Below the pieces are notes generated by a model. It saw nothing but the letters and a program-made list of their open reading frames with translations. It did no database searches and was not told the origin of the DNA. A stretch of 63,611 nt of DNA, counting the filler. It is 8 parts of 8 records of this genome, joined end to end, with 100 filler letters (N's around TTAATTAATTAA, not from the genome) between each part and the next. Parts side by side here need not be neighbours in the genome. Positions count along the whole stretch, not along the records: positions 57,946 to 63,611 come from SRR31156797_3390; 7 more parts are not named here. One strand, 5' to 3'. Below, piece after piece: positions 58,659-63,611 of this stretch (its first letter is position 1; each line of letters begins with the position of its first letter). Both the position numbers and the translations under genes were made by a program.

Positions 58659-59834
58659 CTACAAATCTTTTAATGCATTTTTAATTCTATTTAAGCCCTC
58701 TTCTAACATATACTTAGGACAAGCTATGTTTATTCTTTCAAATCCTTCTCCTTCAATGCCAAACCAATAACCATCATCTAAAGCTATCTTCCCTTTTTCT
58801 ATCATTATTTTAGATAATTCCTCCTTGGAAAATCCATACTCAGAAAAATCAAGCCATACTAAATAAGTAGCTTCAGGCTTAGAAACTTTAATTCTAGGCA
58901 GCTCTTTCGCCATAAACTCTAAGAGATAATCAAAATTTTCTTGCAAATGTATCATTAAGGAATCTACCCATTCATCCTGTTCAAATGCGACTTCTCCTGC
59001 TACTAAATTAAAAGGGCTGTTTCTTTTAATATCCAACACTCCTAACTCATAGTCATATTTCTCAAGTTCCTCTTTTCTGGGAAAATGAACATACGAGGCT
59101 TGTAAACCAGCCAGATTAAATGTTTTACTTGCTGAGAAAAACGTAACTGTTATATCTTGAATTTCCGGTGACAAAGAAGCTATTGCTGTATGTTTATATC
59201 CCAGGTATACCAAATCCCGCCAGATTTCATCTGCATAAATTCTCACGTTATGCTTTAAACACAGTTCACCTATTTTTTCCAATTCATCTTTAGTCCACAC
59301 TCTTCCCACCGGATTATGAGGACTACACAAAATAAATACTTTTAATTCTGGATCTGATAATTTTTTTTCCATATCCTCAAAATCCATCGTATAGTAACCA
59401 TCTTTCCCTTTGATAAGGGGATTCGTAACTAATTCTCTGTCATTTTGCTTTACCACATTAAAAAAAGGGTAATATACCGGTGTTTGTATCATAATTTTAT
59501 CATTTTTCTCAGTAAATAACCTCACAGCTATTGTTAATGCAGGAATAACACCTAATGTATGAATTATTTCATTAGAATTAATTTCCCAATCAAATCTTCT
59601 TTTACACCACTTTACTGCATTTCCATAATAAGTTTCAGGTCTGTATACATAACCGAATATGCCTTCATGTGCTTTTTTCACCAAAGCCTCTGTTATAGCA
59701 GGAGCTGTTTTAATATCCATATCAGCTATCCACATAGGCCAAAGATCATCACTTCCAAAATTTCTTTTTATTTCTGACCATTTCGCAGAATGATTATTTT
59801 TTCTATCTATTTTTTCGTTAAAATTATATTTCAT
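58659..59834 (-). CDS. MalY/PatB family PLP-dependent C-S lyase/aminotransferase
   Basis: SAKW, PMWIADMD, LCSPHNPVGRVW, SASKTFNLAGL, ATYLVWLD. Confidence 0.93.
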   Translation of the reverse strand: MKYNFNEKIDRKNNHSAKWSEIKRNFGSDDLWPMWIADMDIKTAPAITEALVKKAHEGIFGYVYRPETYYGNAVKWCKRRFDWEINSNEIIHTLGVIPALTIAVRLFTEKNDKIMIQTPVYYPFFNVVKQNDRELVTNPLIKGKDGYYTMDFEDMEKKLSDPELKVFILCSPHNPVGRVWTKDELEKIGELCLKHNVRIYADEIWRDLVYLGYKHTAIASLSPEIQDITVTFFSASKTFNLAGLQASYVHFPRKEELEKYDYELGVLDIKRNSPFNLVAGEVAFEQDEWVDSLMIHLQENFDYLLEFMAKELPRIKVSKPEATYLVWLDFSEYGFSKEELSKIMIEKGKIALDDGYWFGIEGEGFERINIACPKYMLEEGLNRIKNALKDL

Positions 59835-60110
59835 CTCTCCTCCTAAATTGTTTTTCTTTTCTAAGTCAGAACGTTTCAATCTGAGTTTATTCAGAAAAAT
59901 AATTGTTATTCTATATATTTTTCAATTTCAATTACGGCTTAAAATTCAAATGTTTTGAAAATAACACCTTTTATAAATTGTTTTATTTTTTAAGTTAAAA
60001 CATTAATTTATTTAGTTAAGCTTACAAAACTATTATAAACTAGTTTCTTTACAATAACAATCATCTTTTTTAGAAATATAGTAATTTAAATATAGAGGAG
60101 ATTTTCTATA

Positions 60111-61340
60111 TTAATTTTTCTCTTCTGCTAATTGAGTCTCTACTTCATGATATGGTTCTAAAAATCTGTGTGCTGTTAGCTTTATTCCTATTGCACCTAT
60201 TGGTGCAGTAATAAGTACAGCTATAATAGATAGTGCCTGTATTATTTCACCGCCTGCAACCCCCATTTGAAGAGGTATCCCGGCTTTAGCTGATTGCACA
60301 GTTGCTTTTGGCAGATAAGCGATTACACAGAAAGCCCTCTCTTTCCAGTTAAGATTCGTTCCAATAAGTGATAATAAAACTCCAATACTTCTAACAAATA
60401 GAGACACACTTACTATCCCAAGTCCTGTTAAGAATAGATCTCCTGCTAATCTGGGATCAATTGCCGTTCCAACAAGAGTGAATAGATATATCGAACCTAT
60501 CAGCCAGGCTTTTTTTAAACCGTGAATAATTTTTCTTCCCTCTGCATCAAAATAATTAGTAATAACATATCCCATTGTCATCACCCCGATAAGTGAGTTA
60601 AAAAACGCTGTATGATAATGTTCCTCAACTAACCTCATACAAATAGCAAGCACAGTCACTATGAGAGCCTTCATATGATCGTTTTTAATCATTTGCGACA
60701 CTTTACCCCCTATTATCCCCATAAGGATTCCTACTGCCAATCCTGTGATTATAGACAGTGGGATATTAATTAAGTTTCTTGCGATATTTCCGCTTCCAAA
60801 GTATATACCTATAAAACTAGTGAACATTGCAATAGCGATACTATCATCTGCTGAAGCTCCTGTTAATAACATTTGAGGAATTGCTTTCTTTTCTCCTAAT
60901 CTTCTGTTAATCAAATCAACCATGTTTGGAACTAATACTGCCGGACTAACCGCAGCTATAATAAAGCCTAAAATTCCACCTTGAACAAAAGAAAAACCTA
61001 ATAATTTCATTGCAATAAAAGCAACAGTAAATCCTTCTAAACTAGCTGGAATGGCACTTAGCAACATTGCAGGTCTTCCTACTTTTTTTATCTGCTCTGT
61101 TTTAATACCAAATCCGCCTATTAATAAAACTATTACAAGAGCCATACTCTTAATTTTTTTACCAATTTCAATTGCCTCCGGATCAATCCAACCTAGATAA
61201 ACATTTACTATGCAGCCAAACACTATCATTCCAATTAATTTAGGTAGTTGCAACTTTCCAAACACTTCACCTAATAAATATCCACCTACAAGCAAAATCA
61301 CAAAACTTAATACTACACTCATTATTCCACGACCTTTCAT
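60111..61340 (-). CDS. Cation:proton antiporter (NHA-like)
   Basis: AAVSPAVLVP, GASADD, AYLPKATVQ; many TM helices. Confidence 0.9.
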   Translation of the reverse strand: MKGRGIMSVVLSFVILLVGGYLLGEVFGKLQLPKLIGMIVFGCIVNVYLGWIDPEAIEIGKKIKSMALVIVLLIGGFGIKTEQIKKVGRPAMLLSAIPASLEGFTVAFIAMKLLGFSFVQGGILGFIIAAVSPAVLVPNMVDLINRRLGEKKAIPQMLLTGASADDSIAIAMFTSFIGIYFGSGNIARNLINIPLSIITGLAVGILMGIIGGKVSQMIKNDHMKALIVTVLAICMRLVEEHYHTAFFNSLIGVMTMGYVITNYFDAEGRKIIHGLKKAWLIGSIYLFTLVGTAIDPRLAGDLFLTGLGIVSVSLFVRSIGVLLSLIGTNLNWKERAFCVIAYLPKATVQSAKAGIPLQMGVAGGEIIQALSIIAVLITAPIGAIGIKLTAHRFLEPYHEVETQLAEEKN

Positions 61341-61360
61341 TATATAAAATTTTTAATTAC

Positions 61361-61404
61361 AAAAAAAAAGCTTCTATAGACGGACTTATCCCTATCTATA
61401 GAAG
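61361..61404 (-). terminator. Riboswitch-controlled intrinsic terminator
   Basis: CTTCTATAGA...TCTATAGAAG plus U9, overlapping the aptamer 3' end. Confidence 0.85.
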
Positions 61405-61470
61405 TCATCAGCTACTTGTTAAACAAATTGCGGTTCGAAACATTCGTTTCAGGAGGAACATCATCTCCTA
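61399..61470 (-). ncRNA. Fluoride (crcB) riboswitch
   Basis: TAGGAGATGATGTTCCTCC...AACCGC...GCTGATGACTTCTA consensus pattern. Confidence 0.9.
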
Positions 61471-61485
61471 AGTTTATTTTTTTAT

Positions 61486-61514
61486 ATTTTACTTTTTCCA
61501 GAAAAAAATGTCAA
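61486..61514 (-). promoter_or_regulatory. Sigma70-like promoter for the riboswitch leader
   Basis: TTGACA-17 bp-TAAAAT. Confidence 0.75.
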
Positions 61515-61659
61515 GTAAAAAAGTTTTGCGTATCATAAGTTCTTAACTAAAATTTACTATTTACCGATATTTTAAGTGTGTGCTTAAAATCTTATATTGA
61601 TTTGAGATTCAAATAAAATATGTGTTATACTTAAGGTATAATATAAAAGAGGTGGTAAA

Positions 61660-62301
61660 ATGAAACTTAGAAAAAACTATTTTCTTATTTTTTTAACTTA
61701 TTTTATAATTATTTTCCCAATGAATGCAGCATATTATGGATTCCAATATAGAGAGTTTGGTGCTACTGATAGTACAGACTCTTCGCAACTATTTGGCGGA
61801 AAGACATATACTGCTATGGAAAACGGATTAGGTGCCGGAGTGGGAGGTTATCTTTCTCTTAGTCCAATTGAGATTGAAACTGATAATTTTTGGATAGAAG
61901 ATGAGGCGTATGTACAGTTTGCAGGCTTATATCTGGTTAAAAAGATTTATTATGGCGGTTTTTTTGACCTGACTTTCATTCCAAGTTTATTTTATGGAAG
62001 AGGAAATATGATGGTTAACAGAATAAATAATTACACAGATAAAACAATCTTAGAAGATAACAGTACTTTTACTATTGTAGAACCTGGAATAAGTATTGAA
62101 TTTTCAATTACAAGCGCAGTTAGAATTGAATCCAGTTTCTCAATCTCTTCTCTCTCAGGAACTGATTTAGAAAATTATGAGGATAATGATTTCGGTGGAT
62201 ACACAATCACTTTCTCCGTTATAACCGGATCAAGTCCGTTTGATTACACACTTGGAAGAGAAAGAAGTAGCGCCGTAGAATCATCATTACACAGAAATTA
62301 A
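61660..62301 (+). CDS. Putative outer-membrane beta-barrel protein
   Basis: Signal peptide, Gly/aromatic-rich strands, IVEPGISIE. Confidence 0.6.
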   Translation: MKLRKNYFLIFLTYFIIIFPMNAAYYGFQYREFGATDSTDSSQLFGGKTYTAMENGLGAGVGGYLSLSPIEIETDNFWIEDEAYVQFAGLYLVKKIYYGGFFDLTFIPSLFYGRGNMMVNRINNYTDKTILEDNSTFTIVEPGISIEFSITSAVRIESSFSISSLSGTDLENYEDNDFGGYTITFSVITGSSPFDYTLGRERSSAVESSLHRN

Positions 62302-62423
62302 TTTTTTATCCTTTGAGTAACATATGAAATTTTTTTAAGCTTATTTTTAGTAACAAATAATAAAATTATATTAAAATATTCAAAACTATACATAAAACAT
62401 AAATTAAAGGGGAGGAATTTAAT

Positions 62424-63284
62424 ATGAAAAAAAAGCTAATCGTACTTTTAATATTAGCAAGCTCAATCTCAGCTTTTGCAAAAGGGTTTATTGTTAAACT
62501 TGGTACTACTGCAAATCCAAAAGTAGCTGTTGATCTCGACGAAGGTGAGATTTACGACAGCACAGCTAATCTTACTCTTGAGTTAATGGGGGCAATGTCT
62601 GACAATATGGATATTGGTGCTGGTATTGAATTCAATAGCCAACTTGAAAAAAATGGTAAAGAACTTGAACTTGGTTATCTGCCTGTTTATATCAATGTAA
62701 AAAGAAGATTTGGTAATCCTGATGCAACAGTTTTCCCATACACACTTGGAAGAGTAGGATTTGCATTTCCTGTAGATTACGACAGAGATGACAATACTGA
62801 AGCTGACATGGGACTTCACTTAGGTGTCGGTGTCGGTTTGGAATTCAACCACTTCATTATTGAAATGTCAGGAACATATAACGGAATCAAAACCGAAAGC
62901 GATGATAGCGCATTCGAAGACGGTCAAACAAGCTTTACTAAATTAACATTCAGCTTTGGTTATAGATTCGGTTCAGATTACGGAGCTGAAAAAGAAGAAA
63001 CAATAATTAGAAAAAAACCGGTAAAAGAAAAAGTTACTCCAACTAAAGTTGAAGAAAAACCTGCTACTACTAAAACTGAAACTACTACTCCTGAAGAGAC
63101 TGAAGTAAAAAAAGAAACTGATGAAGTATATGATGATCTTTTAGCTCCTGAAGGAGAAGAGGAACTAAGCAGACAGAAATATATTGAATCAAAAATTAAT
63201 GAATTAGATCAAATGAAAGAACAAGGAATAATTACTGAAGAGGAATATCAAGCTGAAAAGCAACTAATTATGAATGAATATTAA
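62424..63284 (+). CDS. Outer-membrane beta-barrel fused to a charged linker and SHOCT domain
   Basis: Barrel ending FSFGYRF, K/E/T-rich linker, L..MKEQGIITEEEYQAEK..I. Confidence 0.75.
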   Translation: MKKKLIVLLILASSISAFAKGFIVKLGTTANPKVAVDLDEGEIYDSTANLTLELMGAMSDNMDIGAGIEFNSQLEKNGKELELGYLPVYINVKRRFGNPDATVFPYTLGRVGFAFPVDYDRDDNTEADMGLHLGVGVGLEFNHFIIEMSGTYNGIKTESDDSAFEDGQTSFTKLTFSFGYRFGSDYGAEKEETIIRKKPVKEKVTPTKVEEKPATTKTETTTPEETEVKKETDEVYDDLLAPEGEEELSRQKYIESKINELDQMKEQGIITEEEYQAEKQLIMNEY

Positions 63285-63292
63285 AATCTTAA

Positions 63293-63329
63293 AAGGAGTT
63301 TAGCGACCTGCTAAACTCCTTATTTTTTT
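63293..63329 (+). terminator. Intrinsic terminator
   Basis: AAGGAGTTTAGC/GCTAAACTCCTT followed by a T-tract. Confidence 0.85.
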
Positions 63330-63611
63330 ATATTAATATAAAAAAAAGAGGGACTTCATAGTCCCTCCCTAACGGCTCCAGCCAAAACTATTTAATTCTA
63401 ATTTAACTCTTTTGATACACTTACTCCTATCAGCCGATTTTTAAATACTATATATTATTATTATTATTTCACTATTTGCCAATCGACTTCTTTAAAAATT
63501 TTGGTTCTTTATAACTTAAAAATATACTACATGGTACATATTACTTATTACAAATACTTTAATACTTTTATAACTTTAAAACATGGTACATGGTTTAACT
63601 ATTACATTTAA

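Noticed and set aside
63340-63611. Possible minus-strand small RNA (terminator GAGGGACT/AGTCCCTC, ACATGGTACAT repeats)
   Set aside because: Only a terminator-like hairpin and short repeats next to the window end; not enough to call.

Overview
The window is not one locus. It is eight unrelated contigs joined by 100-bp N/TTAATTAATTAA linkers. (1) 1-9842: deltaproteobacterial-like hopanoid cluster (shc, HpnG-, HpnK- and HpnJ-like genes) with a CdaS-like diadenylate cyclase. (2) 9943-16576: Fe-S oxidoreductase, TetR, Wza-like exporter, and a four-helix-bundle gene bracketed by inverted heptamer repeats. (3) 16677-21785: hybrid kinase plus HD-GYP regulator. (4) 21886-34017: alphaproteobacterial-like gcv operon with a tandem glycine riboswitch, thrB, rnhA. 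(5) 34118-39367: cassette-like array of orphan genes and HigBA, separated by unusually short (48-50 bp) attC-like hairpins, a GGGG(A/T)C motif and one VCR-like attC. (6) 39468-50657: AT-rich phage accessory region. (7) 50758-57845: bamD-nadD-ftsEX-namZ. (8) 57946-63611: aminotransferase, fluoride-riboswitch-controlled cation:proton antiporter, outer-membrane proteins. The best candidate for an undescribed system is in the phage contig. It is a head-to-tail array of long-stem, tRNA-elbow-like non-coding RNAs (41132-42298, plus 42794-42954). One unit is interrupted in its T-arm by a ~500-bp cassette (promoter with palindromic operator plus I-Ssp6803I-like PD-(D/E)XK endonuclease). The cassette is looped out by a long-range stem, flanked by a TGACT duplication, and has no recognisable group I intron core. 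The next unit contains a nested tRNA whose anticodon loop is collapsed. All family, taxonomy and RNA-structure calls were made by eye; no searches or folding programs were run.
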